A DNA stretch of 64,000 nt, from the NCBI GenBank assembly GCA_045837725.1, contig JBEWZL010000043.1, positions 1-64,000 on the forward strand. The letters are read 5' to 3'. This DNA is from Vermamoeba vermiformis (taxonomy: Eukaryota). The notes beneath the pieces were generated by a model that worked only from the letters and a program-made list of their open reading frames with translations, did not search any database and had not been told where the DNA came from. A program made the translations under genes and the position numbers. Of the stretch, positions 49,702 to 63,468 are shown one piece after another (position 1 is the first letter of the stretch; each line of letters starts with the position of its first letter).

Positions 49702-52700
49702 TTATTTGCTGGTCAAGAAGATGTCAGAGTACTTAGGCAGGGGCCACAAATCATCGTCGATCACTTCTTCCAATTTGTCAGAGAAGGCGCGGACCTTAGG
49801 CATGCCGTCGTAGATCGGCAAGTACCACTTGGTCAACGCAGCGCGGTAATCGCCCTTCTTGCCGTCAGCTTCAGCGTGGTGCACAATGTTCTTCAACTCG
49901 GCGTTGTTACTGCTCAAACCATCGATCAACTTGACTACGCTAGTCAACAGTTCCTTCTGGTTGGTGAGCAATGAAGCGTCGCCGAGAGCGGTCAGAGCAG
50001 CAGTGTAGCTCGCAGCAAGCTTGCCCTGGAACTTAATGGCAGCAGGCAAAACACGCGTGGTGACGAGATCCACCATAGTCTTAGCTTCGATCAGCATGTG
50101 CTCGAAGAACTTCTCGTGCATGATCAATGAACGAGCAGTAGTTTCTAAACAAATACGTTAGCATTATAATAACATAGAATAATATAATAGTAGACTTACC
50201 GGCAGGAGACAAAACACCGAAGTTCTTGAACAAATCAACTTTTTCAGCCTTGTCTAAAACACCCAAAGCCTCGAAGGGGTGCTTCAAGAGCGGCAAGCCA
50301 CGGCTGCCAGCCTCAACGACCCATTCATCGCTGTAGCCGTTGCCGTTGAAGACGATAGCGTAGTGCTTCTTCAAGGTCTCAATGACGGTGCTGTTGATAG
50401 CGTCGTCGAGGGGAATGCGCGAGTCAACCTTCTTCTGGATCTCATCGGCCATAAAGCGGATGGACTCGGCCATGATAGTGTTGAGGACTGTGACGGGCCA
50501 AGCAGTGCTGCAAAGCAATTAGCGTCGTATACAAAGAGAAAAATGAGCGTCAAAAGTACGTACTTTTGAGAAGCACCACAAGCACGGAACTCAAACTTGT
50601 TACCAGTGAAGGCAAAAGGTGAAGTTCTGTTACGATCAGCAGAGTCAAGGGGCAAAGGAGGCAAAGTGCTGACACCGAGTCTCAACACGTCACGGATGGT
50701 GTTGTTGTTGAGGTCCTTAGTGCCCATCAAAGTGTGGCAGACAGCGTCCAATTCAGAGCCCAGGTAAGCGCTGATAATAACTGGAGGAGCCTCGTTGGCA
50801 CCCAAACGATAGCTGTTGCCCGGAACGGCAATAACAGATCGCAACAAATCTCCGTTGATGTGAACGGCACGGAGAATAGCAGTCAACACGACCATGAACC
50901 GTCTGTTGCTAATAGGAGTGGCACCAGGCTCGAGCAAGTTCTCCTTCTTGTCTGTCTCGAGCGACCAGTTCAAATGTTTACCAGATCCGTTGATGTAAGC
51001 GAACGGCTTCTCATGCAACAATGCAGCAAGACCGTGCTTGGAGGCAATTTCTTTGAGAACGTCCTACGCACAGTTAACACCTCAACTACTCTTATTATTA
51101 TCGTTTGCTAGGACTTACCATCATCAACATGTTGTGATCGCTGGCAGTGGGAGTGTGTTCGTAGATCGGGGCCATTTCGAACTGACAAGGGGCGACTTCG
51201 TTGTGTCTGGTCTTGACAGGGATGCCGAGAGTCCACAAGTGCTTCTCGACTTCCTGCAAACAAGCGAGCACACGGCCGTCAATAGCACCGAAGTAATGGT
51301 ACTCCATTTCTTGGCCTTTAGGAGGCTCAGCACCGAGAACAGTGCGGCCGAATGAGACCAAATCAGGGCGAGACAAGTAATAGCCTGCACCGTGTGTCAG
51401 TTACTAAATATGGCAATTGGCACGTGATTGTACGTACCTCTGTCAATCAAGAAGAATTCCTGTTCAGGACCCAAAGTGCTCTTAACGCTTTCGACGTCCT
51501 TTTGACCGAGCACGTGCAACAAGCGCACAGCCTCGCGGTTGACGACCTCTTCTGATCGCAGCAAAGGGGTCTTAGTGTCCAAAGCCTCGCCAGTCCTGCA
51601 GCAATAATTAGCAAAGTAGATCCTTAAACACGTTACTTTTGCCGAAACTTTAATTTCAAATAGTATTATGCGTATTAATGTACTAATAGTAATATGAATT
51701 ATAGCTACGTACCATGAGCAGAAAGCAGTAGGAATGAACAAGCTAGATCCGTTAGGACCGCGCTTAATAAAGGCTGGAGTGGACATATCCCAGACAGTGT
51801 AACCTCTGGCCTCAAAAGTTGCTCGCAAACCACCTATAACAAGAAAATTCAGTTTCAATTACATTACCATATTAAGAAAATTTAGGATCGTGGTTGAAAG
51901 GTTGCGAATCTGTACCGATAAGGAATGTGAACCGTTTTATGATAAATTTTCGAATATGTAAATAAACCAAGATAAAATTAAATAATGCATATTATTGGAA
52001 TAGCATTGCAGCAATAGTTCCTCGGACTAACTTCCGATTACGAATTGTTTCAGCTCCGAACTTTAGGTCTGAAAGTGTCAAGCGATATCAATTTCGCTTT
52101 ATAAATAAATTTAAATAGGGACATTAATCGATTACGCTCTTAAATATTATCAATTTTTACCGGATGTAAAGGAATTGTTCGGAGGTGAAGCGACTTTTCG
52201 GAAGATCGCGAGAAATTAAACGGGTCTGAAATCACTTACCACTAGGGAAGGACGATGCATCGGGCTCTCCTTTAATAAGCTCTTTGCCTCCGAACTCCAA
52301 AATGTATTGGTTATCCTTGCGAGAGTAAGCCAAGAAGGAGTCGTGCTTTTCACCAGTGGAACCGGTCATAGGATGGAACCAGTGAGTGAAATGAGTTGCT
52401 CCTGCACCATAATAACATGATTATTTTTTGTAAAATATTGCAAATGGTTGTAAGAGAAATAGAGTCGCGATCGGATCTACCACTCATTATCAAAAGTTTT
52501 TTCTAGAATGTTCTAAAATAATTATCCGAGTCCAGTAGTACTTACCCTTAGATAAAGCCCATTCTTTCATCGCATTAGCAACCTGATCTGCAATGTTGTG
52601 GTCAATATCGTGTGTAGGGGTTCGGATGGCGCGTTGCAAAGCCTTGAACGATGATTCGGGAATCAAAGTGCGCAAAACACTGTCAGTAAGCACGTCGGAT

Positions 52701-52810
52701 CCGAAGGTGCTAAGGAACTCCTTGGCAACCATGTATTTGTCGCCCATCTCATCGAGCACTGGGGAGGAGTTGATGATGCTCTGCAACACTGTTCGTCGTC
52801 CTTCAGCCAT
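49702..52810 (-). CDS. Glutamine synthetase type III
   Basis: [65 protein letters not shown]...[39 protein letters not shown]. Confidence 0.97.
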
Positions 52811-53691
52811 TTTATATATCGGTAGTAGTGGTGTCTTTACTGAAGTACAGCTTAAATGAATGGTTAAAATCGAGGCAAAACGTCTAGTTTTCAACTTGCA
52901 TTTTTTCGTGCGAAAAAATTACACGGAACTGTTTCTTGTATTAATCACAAAACGCCCTAAAGATCACACATGTCAACAGATATTTTGCAATCTTGAACGT
53001 TCGGATGGAAGGGTTGCTGCAATAGTATAGCCAGATCCCAGATAGCCGTTGCAGATTTCGAAATAGTGACATTAGCGCGATTGTTGACTTGATTTACCCA
53101 GCGAATTATTTCTACGTAAATATCGTTAATAATTGCTGATATTATTACTGTCTAAATGAATGTTTGAACCTACTTTCAGACTTGGGAGCTCGTGAAGCAC
53201 CGCCAACAATTCCATTAATCTTAAAAATTACAAATGATGCCATACTATTTTGCAGCTTTTGTACTAGTGGCATAGTATAACAGCAGCCGAGATTAATAAT
53301 CTCGTTATATTTTGTAAGATTTTACAAATTAATTCAAATTGCGACCTCAATGACCATCTATGAAAGCAAATTCGGCTGGTGTAAGTAGCTAACGTAATAA
53401 TTACCAATTTAATAAATTTAAATCATAATTGCAAACAAATATTCAACAAGGTAATTTTAGGCCTAAACTACGAATCGAATACGAATCTGGTTCAGCCTGT
53501 ACGTACGCAATGCCTTTTATTGCAACCCAACTTAAGTGGTCAACACTTTGTCACAACTTGCATACTCGTGCCATGTTCGTATGCGGAAACAAAACGCGAA
53601 ATTTTTCTATTTTTGGCATCCCGTGCCAATTCTGTTTCCTTTCGGTTTGTAAAATTACCTCTTATTGTTCTTCGGGTCACCACACATCATC

Positions 53692-55553
53692 ATGTTTTGC
53701 CTTCTCAAAGTTGAAGGACGAAGGCGAGACAGCGATCTGTTTATATTTATCGTATTTTGCTTGTTGAGCCTTTGTGCTCCATCTCATGCTCGATTTTCTT
53801 TATCATATCGTAATGGCTCACAAGTTATAACCAAATACTACTTCGCAGCGCCTATCAAGTACTCAGCAAATAACTACGATTTCAACGAGGATGCCCAAGT
53901 AGTCGCTTACGATCCTAATAATATGGCATCTGCAGCGAATAATTTTGTCGCAATCAAGTATGCTAAGCCTTTAACTCCTTTTTGGGAGCCTGTTTTGGCT
54001 TTACAAGATGCAGGCGCTCGTGGAATTATTATTGACCATCCTTACTTTCGTAAGTACTAACGACTTAAAGATTCGGTTATCATACGATATATAATCAATT
54101 TATTAATGATTTGCGAATTTAAATTTCATAAAGGACAATTCCAAATCTGTTTCGGCGCGAGTTTAACTGATTCATTTAGCTGTCGTGCCTGGAGCGCTCA
54201 TGTATTACGAATACGATAACGGAGTTATTACCGACAAGTTGACGTTGCCGATAGTGGAATTAAACGGCACTGATTTTGCGGATGTGCAGGCTATTTTGGG
54301 TTTCGCAGTGACTGTAAATCAAACGGTTTCTGGACACATGGACTCTGATGGTAAGTGATTCTCGACAATATTATTATGATAAAGCTTGTCATTTAACTCG
54401 CTACTAGATCCGAATCCCTGGGAACAGATCTACAATTCCAGCTGGATGTTGGCGTTTACGATCGTTTTTGCTGTTCTGAGCGCCATAACGTTCACTTTAG
54501 CAGTCAAGGAGCTCGTGGTATTCATCAAGAAAGACAGAAAGCTTTCTTTTTCAATTCCTCAAGTTTGCTTAATTTCAATCGCTTTTGGATCTCTTTGTAA
54601 GTAATGGTAACGGTCTTCCTAATAGTACGAAATTTCTAATATAGCCTAGGGAGAGTATTGTATGCTGTCGTTACACCATTCGTCATGCGACGAGTGTGGG
54701 ATGCGTCATGGGATGATGGCTTTGCAACGACATCGTTTCCCTTTAGCATTTGCCCGGTTTTCCTAGTCTCGCTATATCAGTATGCAAAATATTCAGAAAA
54801 TAATCAGTCACAGTGGATTAATATCCTATTTTTAGGCACGAGTTACTCAACAAGCGGGTATCCACCCAAATGAACGCATTTTTGACGCGATTAAGATTGC
54901 CGTTCTTCATTATCGTAGGTTTGGTGTTCGCGATTGATATTACGTTCAGTATTATAAGGTACGTTGTAGAGTTTCAAGAAAATTTCAATCGCATTACTAA
55001 ATCCGCTCGGTGCCTTTTTCAGAGGACTTGGTATTGGAGTTCAATTAGTGATGCTTCTCAACGCTGCTGTATATATGTTGATCGGATTCGTCTTCTTTTG
55101 GTACTTCTTCGTTACATCCCTTCGTGTACTCAACATGATGCGTCGCATGCGCGATAACGCTGCAATTTCATCCGCTTACGTCATTGTTAGACGAGTAAGT
55201 CATCAATAGGCATTTCAACATTTATAATCTGAAATTGACTTCCGTTTAAACATTTTTTATTAACGATTACCTATATTTAGCTTACAGTGTGGATGATAAT
55301 CTCCTCGTTATCCATCGCGTATTTTACTATTTCAGTTGGATTAATTTTAGTACCTGCATTTTTGGCTCCCTTAGAATGGACGATCGTTTGGTTCAATTTA
55401 CTTTTGTCGTTGTACTTGATCAGTCTCAGCCACATTGGATTGTACATGATGCGAAACAACAAGGTGCTATCAAAGCGAAATACAACAACAGGGTCTATGA
55501 AGCTAGGCAAAGAGACTTCAGCGGTTTCATACGGACAAAGCGAAATTCGTTAG
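53692..55553 (+). CDS. Signal peptide + PA (protease-associated)-like ectodomain + seven-TM receptor-like protein (start codon uncertain)
   Basis: LFIFIVFCLLSLCAPSHA; LQDAGARGIII...LTLPIVELNGTD (PA-like); then seven hydrophobic segments across 54400-55450. Confidence 0.65.
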
Positions 55554-55690
55554 ATGTGTCAGATCGATCTGCGCATCCTGTAAATAAATAAAAATGTAAA
55601 TATAATTTTCCGTTAAATAATCCTTTTTTTATTATTTACAAGGTGCGATTAGCTAAAATACAAAGAGAAAGTAGACTAATTAAGCTATTC

Positions 55691-58235
55691 TTAATCGTCA
55701 GCATTTCCAATGACTGTGGTGCTGTTAGTGACCATTGCACTTAACAAATCGCTGTAGGATCTCGGAGAATTGTTGTTCATTTGATAATAGTTATTCCGCA
55801 CGTGCATGTCGAAGTGAGTATGCGACACTTGATGGTGTTCTTCGTCCTCAATCTCTTCGTCTTCTTGCACATCAAAAGTTGTTTCGTTCATCACCGCACT
55901 TCGAGGCGTATTATTGTTGTTGATAGTTGTGTTCAATGGCGTATAATACGCAGTGCTGTTAGAGCTTGTCGAGTAGACAGACTTTGACGGCGTGTTGTAC
56001 CCGCTGCTTTGATTGGAGTGGTGGCCAGTCACGTGATTGGTGTTGTTCATCGTGACGCTGTGACGCGGGCTGTGCAAGTAATCAGCTGCCTCTTGTTGAC
56101 GACGCAGCTCTCTGTTCTCGCGTTGTAATCGTTCCAATTCGCCGAGGATTTCACGCAACTGGCTTTCTTTCATCGTTGTCACGTGCTCAGGTTCTTCGTC
56201 TTGTTGCTCTTTTGTTTGTTCGCCGTGGTTCAACAGACGCATGTAGCTTACTTCGAGTCGCATTTTATCGATTTGTTCTTGCAACATTTCTTTCTCTTGC
56301 TATAAATAGAAAGTATTAGTACAAGATCAACCACGCTCGAAGGTTTTCAATCTCGGAACAATTACTATTCCGAAATATCAGACCTAAACCTGTCAATTTC
56401 AGTAAAATGAATTCACGTTCAAAGAATAAAATAAGATGAGTTAAAAAGACTTTAGCTAGTAAAATGTAGCTTGCGCTTAATAATTCGATTTCAAATGGTT
56501 TAGTTATTTTCGCTAATTACCTGCATCTGTACACCAAAATCTTTCAATCGATTGTGCTCGCGTTTAAATAAGTCAATCTTTTCTTCAGCTTCCATTCTGA
56601 TTCTAGTCTCCTCCTAGAACAAATTGATTCAGCATACGCACGTTATAAAACATATTCAGTTTTGAAATTTTGATCTAAAGTACGGATCGACCTCCAGAAG
56701 GAAGAATTTGTACGACCCTGAATGTCTTAAAATACCGTTTTAAGACTTACCATTAGGCGCTTTTCAGCGGCAGCCAAATGGTTTTGCAAATCGTCGAGTT
56801 TATGCTCAAATTCTTTGCGCTTAACTTCTTCGACTTCAACCTCCTCGCGCATGTCCTGAAGCTCGACTAGAGTGTTATAATACAGTTGAGTGAAGGCATC
56901 GAGGGCCATGAACATGTCAGGGACTTTGATGCTTGGCGGAGCTTTACGGACTGAGACTATGTGCGCCTGGATTTGATCGAGTTAGTCGAAGAAAATTCAA
57001 TTTAATTAAAATATCTATTTTGCCCACCAAAATTCTGCAAATGATTTTTAAAATGTAATTTGAGTAGAAAAGAGATTATTGATCATCTTTGATATGGTGC
57101 GGCTAAATTGGGCCTAATCTGGAAATCAAGATTGAATAAGATTAATAAAGGGTACTTACGTCTCTTTCAGGCGTGCTTCTGAATAAATCTTTTAGGCCAT
57201 TAACGGGCACTTTTTTGGTTAATAAGCAAGTGCGACGAGGACGAGATACTTTGATTGTTCCATCTTCTTCGCTGATTTCGGGCGTTAAGCCTTTATCCTC
57301 GCTTAAATCCTTTCCTGTTGGTGTTGTTTCGCCGACTTTTGAAGCAATATAGTACATTTGAACTTCCTTTTGGGGTTCTTCTACTTTCTTTGATTTGATC
57401 CTGATTTAGAAAATTGTTTAGGACCATCAAGTCCGCAAGTGCGAATAATTAATAAATATTAATATAACGTGCTCATAATATTTTCAGTAAAATATGCAAG
57501 ACTAGTATCATTTTGGCGGCAGATTTACCTTTGCGTCCTCTTCTTTTTGCGCGTTGCAGGAGTAATATTAGCTCTTAATACTTCTTCCTCGCGTTCCTCT
57601 TCAGGATTAAATACAGCAAAGCTGACAAATAACGAGCACAGCACTACTGTAACGCAGATGCCAGCCCAATTATTTTTTAATCGATCATAGACTTCTTCCA
57701 CGCTCTTTTTAAGCTTATCCTGCACGGATGAAAGGTCAACAGCCTTCCAGCCAGAGGGGCTTAGATTAAATCCTCGTTGAGAAGCCAGTTCTAAATAAAA
57801 GGTGGTCAGATGCGTTGCGTTGCATTACACTGTGCCTTTAATCTACCTAATATCTCTTAATTATCATCAGAATATTAAATATCTACACGAGATTCTCGAA
57901 GATACCCGTGCAAATTCAATGCTAGTCTTGTAATCAATTCAAAAAAAAGAATGAAATCAATTTTCTACGTTTGCAGTAAGAAATATTGTTGTGTGGCCAA
58001 TTTTAGCCGACTGCAATGTCATTTCAAGTGAACTCAGCTGTTTGAAGTCTATGCTGAATCTTATGGAAATATTGATGTCAATGGAATAAATGGAAGGCCA
58101 GATGTAATCAACAGAAAGTAAAGAATTACCTAACAAAGGGGTAGGCGCGTCTGGATCGAGTGGATTAAGAAACGATTTGCTGTTTCTGTATGGTTCGTCC
58201 ATAAACGAGCGGTACAAACGGTAGAGAAGGTCCAT
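55691..58235 (-). CDS. Single-TM coiled-coil protein, unknown function
   Basis: Phase-compatible exons from MDLLYRLY... through TM WAGICVTVVLCSLFVSFAVF to coiled-coil exons (56727-56915, 55691-56287). Confidence 0.6.
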
Positions 58236-58761
58236 TTTGGGTTGATCTTTTAAGATTCGGAGGGTTTTAGCGCTCGAGTTACGACTTCTTTACCTTTTCG
58301 ATGACTTTTCTGTGCTGCTGATGTATTCCGACCAGTTCTGACGTTTTTCTGGCTCGACAACGGGACCAATGACATTTATAGCCAGAAAGAGTGCTCGTGA
58401 ACTCAATGGCAAACTCACTGGCAGAAATCTAACTCAAATCACGTACTTATATACGAAAGGAGTTGAATGTGCTGGTGATCGAGCGATGCAGCGGAGAAGG
58501 GCGAAGAGTACGCCCGAGTAATTCGAACGGGAGACACGATCTCACTTATTCTGTTAGCGTTGAAATAAAATCGCCAGCAGTGGTGCCAAAAAAAGCCTCC
58601 TTGCTTCCTTAAGTAGGTTGTGATTTCAGAAGTCCCCCTCTGAACAATTGTGGACAGACGCGTTGTTTTTGTCCACTATTGATCTTCGATCAACAGCAAG
58701 AACAACGGTGCACAGATTTTCTTGCGTTAGATTTTTTGTAATATATTTATATATTTAAAGT

Positions 58762-61137
58762 ATGGAGGGCATTCAGCTGAGACGACCTAACGGAGCAGCC
58801 TCGCCTGTGATCTCGGAAGAGAGTCCTTTGCTTCTTAATTCCACGAGCCGCGAGAATATTTTTGAAGATGACGATAAGGTAAAACACTACATGATTATAT
58901 TTAAATTATTTAATCAACGGACGCAACCAAAACTGAAGTATCTTTCACATTTTAATATTTTAGCAAACCAAATATTCAATCTAAAGGTACAATAATGCGT
59001 CTAAAATAATATTAAAAAGATCTAATTATATTGGCCGATTTGATTTAATTTTGGAGCTGATAAGTGTCAGATCGCACAAAATAAATACCCGATTTGTTGC
59101 AATTTAAGCTCATCTTTACGTGAATTAACCCTCAAATATGCATAGAAACATGTTCCTAAGGCAGATGAACGATTAGTCTCCCTTGATTTCTTCCGAGGTT
59201 TGACGATCTGGTTCATGATGCTTGTGAACAACTCTGGTGGCAGTTATGATATATTAGAACACGCTCCTTGGTATGTAGTTGTATAATACAAGGTTTGGTA
59301 AGCCAAAGTGTCCTGATAATCTTTTATTTTGAATAGGAACGGTTTGACGATCGCAGATTTCGTTATGCCTGTAAGTCTCAATTGGTTTCTTAACTAATAA
59401 CGGCGGTACTAATACGATGGTAGTTCTTCTTATTCATTGTTGGAGTTTCAATCGCTTTGGTATTGCATAAACAACGAAAGGAGGCTCGTTGGACTGTATG
59501 GAAGAAAGTTGCTGTTAGAACAATTAAGGTAACGGTGATAGTAACATACAGAGCTGTTGCTACACAATATCTGACACTATTTACCATATGAAGCTCTTCT
59601 TGTTGGGTCTTATGTTGCAAGGAGGTGGATTTCCTTCTTACGATCTGGCTACTTTGAGAATTATGGGTACGTAGGAGCCGCTTATCTTAATAAAAAAAGA
59701 ATTCTAACCTTTATTGCAGGTATTTTGCAGCGCATTGCTTTTGGATACTTCTTCGTTAGCACTATCGCCATTTTCTTACCTCGCAGGTAACTAAAGTCAA
59801 TCTGCTTGCTAAATTGGAGACAGCAATAACGCTATTTAATATTTGTATATATCGTGGTATTAATAGTATTACTCTTTACTACAGAAACTTCCAAAACGAA
59901 AATTTGATCGTGCTTGGCCGATACATGTTCCACTTTTTGGTAGCCTTGGTTGTCTTAGTCGTGTATCTCTTGGTGTTATTTCTGGTGCAGGTCCCGGGCT
60001 GTGATGGGTATGGCACTATATAATACTTTTTCTTCATTACAAAGGCTAACTATAACCCGTTTTCAGACGTGGCCACTTGGATCCGGTTTGCAATTCTGAA
60101 GGTACGCACAATCTAACAGTAGCCCAAAAGGACGCCTTATAATAATATCACTAAATAGGGTACGTCGATAGTCTTATCTTGGGAGAAAGCCACCTTTATG
60201 CATATCCGACTTGCTTGGATTGGGATCCACCATGCAAACACTTCGATCCTGAGGGTCTTGTAAGCTTAACATATAATTACGCTATGATATTCGGGCATAT
60301 TTTCTTTATTATTCGCAAGATTGACAATAGTTCTCTCTTAACCAATAAATTTTTAGGTGAGCACTTGGGCGTCATCACTGAGTGTATTCATTGGCTTGTA
60401 CTACGGCTACACGATCATTCACAAGAAGAGCCACGTCAAGCGCATCAAGCACTGGCTCATCCCTGCTCTCGCTTTTATGGCCCTGGGTCTCATCTTGCAC
60501 TTTACTGGCGGTAAGAGGATTGATGTAGGTGTTACTCATATAGCCAATATTAATCGAGGCATTTCTTAACAGCTATCCCGTTGAACAAGAACTTGTACTC
60601 GTTGAGCTACATCTTCGTGACTGCTGGATCCGCCGGCATTCTTTTGTCTGCTAGCTACGCTATTATTGACGTTCTCAAATGGTATGTTATACTGGTATTT
60701 TAGTAATATCATTCGAGAAGCTACTTTAGCATAATTACTTGACACGGAAAAGTGACACGTGTCATTTTGACACTAGATCCGCTTCAAATCGGGTGCTTAC
60801 GATTACTCTTTTGAACATGTTGTTAATACTATATTGATGCAGGAGAGTTATCTTCTGGCCTTGGATCTGGGAGGGCATGAACAGCATCATTTTGTTCGTT
60901 GCTGACGAGCTCGTGTCACCTATTCTCGGAGGTCGTGATAGCGATGCTTTGATTTACTGGAAAGACCCTGGAACTAACTTGGGCAGCTGGATCTACAAGA
61001 CCATTTTCTTGGCTAATGCTACTGACGACCCGAAAACACACGTCGTGCCTAATTTCTTCTGGGGATTCACTCACGCGTGCTTGTTCATCATTGTTGCTTT
61101 TATCTTGTACAAAGCTAAGATTTTTGTACGATTATAA
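58762..61137 (+). CDS. HGSNAT: Heparan-alpha-glucosaminide N-acetyltransferase-like
   Basis: [67 protein letters not shown]-terminal EESPLL dileucine-type sorting motif. Confidence 0.9.
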
Positions 61138-61431
61138 AAGCACTATTAGCTATTTGGGCCACTCAACTTGCAATTTCTCCTGGATTCTGGATCTTGGTAC
61201 GTCAAGCCTATTTGAAATAATAAGACTACGACGAACGACGTATAATGGTTTTTGAATAGGTTGCGCGATATCAAGAAATGTTTCTTCCAAGGCTAAAAAC
61301 GGAAAACGGAGGAAAGGAGTAAATTGTGATTCTTGCGCGGATATCCGTTTCTGGATACTACTTAAGACTGCATTTTTGAATAGAAATGCAATCAAATATC
61401 ACTTATCACTTTACAGTTAACTTGAAAAATA

Positions 61432-62629
61432 ATGTCTTCTGTCGTTGTTTACGGTGCATCTGGCTACATTGGTCGACACGTTGCATTTGCTCTTAGGGAC
61501 GGTAAGTAATAATTGGATTAATATACTATCTAATGCTGCTTTCATATCAATTTGATTTTTCGATGTTTTCTGTTGAGCAATAATCCAATTTTGACTCTCT
61601 TCACCAGCTGGCTATCGCGTGTACGGCGTTATCAGAAAACCAGATTTTGCATCAACTTTGCTTCAGAACGAAGTTTTGCCTATCGTTCTTCCGTAAGTCT
61701 AAGCTTCGTAATCGGGATTTAAATGAGATCTGAATTTGATGTTAAGGGACATTAAAACTCCCACCGAAGAATTCAAAAAGGCTATCGAGGAATCGATCTC
61801 CGTCGTCGATGCAACAGGAGCTGATTTGCCATTGTTTAACTACCTCGTCGAGTTGAACAAGAACGAGAAAAATCGAAATTTCCAGCACCAATACATTGGC
61901 ACATCCGGTTTGTTGGCTCACGGCGACTCCGATTCCATTGCAGTAGAGAGAACTCGTCCATACTTTCCTCCTCAACATCCTCTTGCCGCTCGTATTGGAG
62001 CCGAAGATGACGTTGTTCTGAGCAAACAAGTTCGAGGCAACATTATCAGACCGGGCGGTGTTTACGGATTTGACGGCGCGCCTGTTGGAAATCTCCCAAG
62101 AATCTTCGCGAAGTTGTTTTTGATTGGCGAGAAAGATGATTTGGAGTACTACGGCAAAACGGACAAGTACTTCAGTATCGTGCATGTCAAGGACTTGGCA
62201 GCTGCTTACGTCTTGCTAGTCGATAGCGGTGCTCATGGAAAGGTACGCAAAATACTCACAAAAGCGTTGTTATAATAGATTATTAATATCATATAGATTT
62301 ACGACCTTGCAGCGGAGGCTATTAACTACGAACAACTCCAACTTGCCGCATGCAAGGCCGCTGGCTGGAAAGGCACCGTCAAGCACATCGCTACGAATGA
62401 CATTCCGCCTGAGAAGTTTTTGTAAGTCAACACTAAGTGGAGAATATACAAGTATTAATACGTTCTCAGCGAGAGATTGAGGGCGGATGTGTCAATACGA
62501 ACCGTTGGATCTAAGGCGCGCAAAGAGCTTGGCTGGAATCCGAAGAGAGTTGGATTCTTGCACGAAGTCGACATCTATTACAGAGCTTGCAAAGCGCAAC
62601 GAGAGGCATCTCAATCTGCCAAGATTTAA
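61432..62629 (+). CDS. NAD(P)-dependent epimerase/dehydratase-like atypical SDR, copy 1
   Basis: VVYGASGYIG, YIGTSG, IIRPGGVYG, VHVKDLAAAY, KARKELGWNP. Confidence 0.88.
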
Positions 62630-63468
62630 GGTTTCTGTTTCTGTTTATCGACGTCTAATCGAGGTACCTGCAATAAAAAAACGCGTTGTTGACATCGTTG
62701 GTGATTGCGTAACTTTGATCAATGTTGTTCTGCTGTTCTTCTCCTTTGAATGCTCGGCCATTTTGTATCTCAAGTCAGCCGTAAGTTGTCAAACCGTAGT
62801 ATTTTTCTCCAATAGCAAAACAGACCAACAGCTGTCTAGTAAAGGCAACATAATGCGTCCGTTATCCTATCTAAATCCGATGTCACACGGGCTGACTTCT
62901 CAGATCATCTGGATAGTGAAGTTTTCTGGTAAGAGTGAATAATAATTACCGGTATTACAGGTAATAATTATTACTTATTTAATTGGTACTCGGGCCCTAA
63001 TTATCGCTCTAAATTAATTATTAATTAAGTATCAAATACTGAATTCAGTCTCAATTTAATTTCAAATAATATTAGCTTGGGGACCTTAGTTATTCTAATA
63101 TATCGAGTAATATTTTGTCTATTTAATATAAATTATTTATAAATAATTATCCGAGACAATTGTCTCGAGTAGGTTAGTTTTTTCTAAAGATGCACTGCAT
63201 CTGCTTCTTCGGTTGTGCCTGGGAAAGCGACTACGAAGGCACATTGCCATTTATCTTTTTTTAGCCACGGCGAAACGAGGCTTCTACCAGGTTCGTTTCG
63301 CCATTTGCCGCCAAACGAGCCTTCGAGAAGAACGCCGATAGTTTCCTTTTATGGATTTTTTCCGTGGCTCCGTAGTCCATAAAATGCACTGATTTGGCAT
63401 TCCAAATATTCAAATCAAAAGGAAGAACAACACAGAAGTTAAATTAACTTTAAATTCAGCAATTGATC

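Noticed and set aside
62487-62942. 151-aa ORF after SDR copy 1
   Set aside because: Overlaps the real last exon in another frame and runs into the 3' region; no recognisable features.
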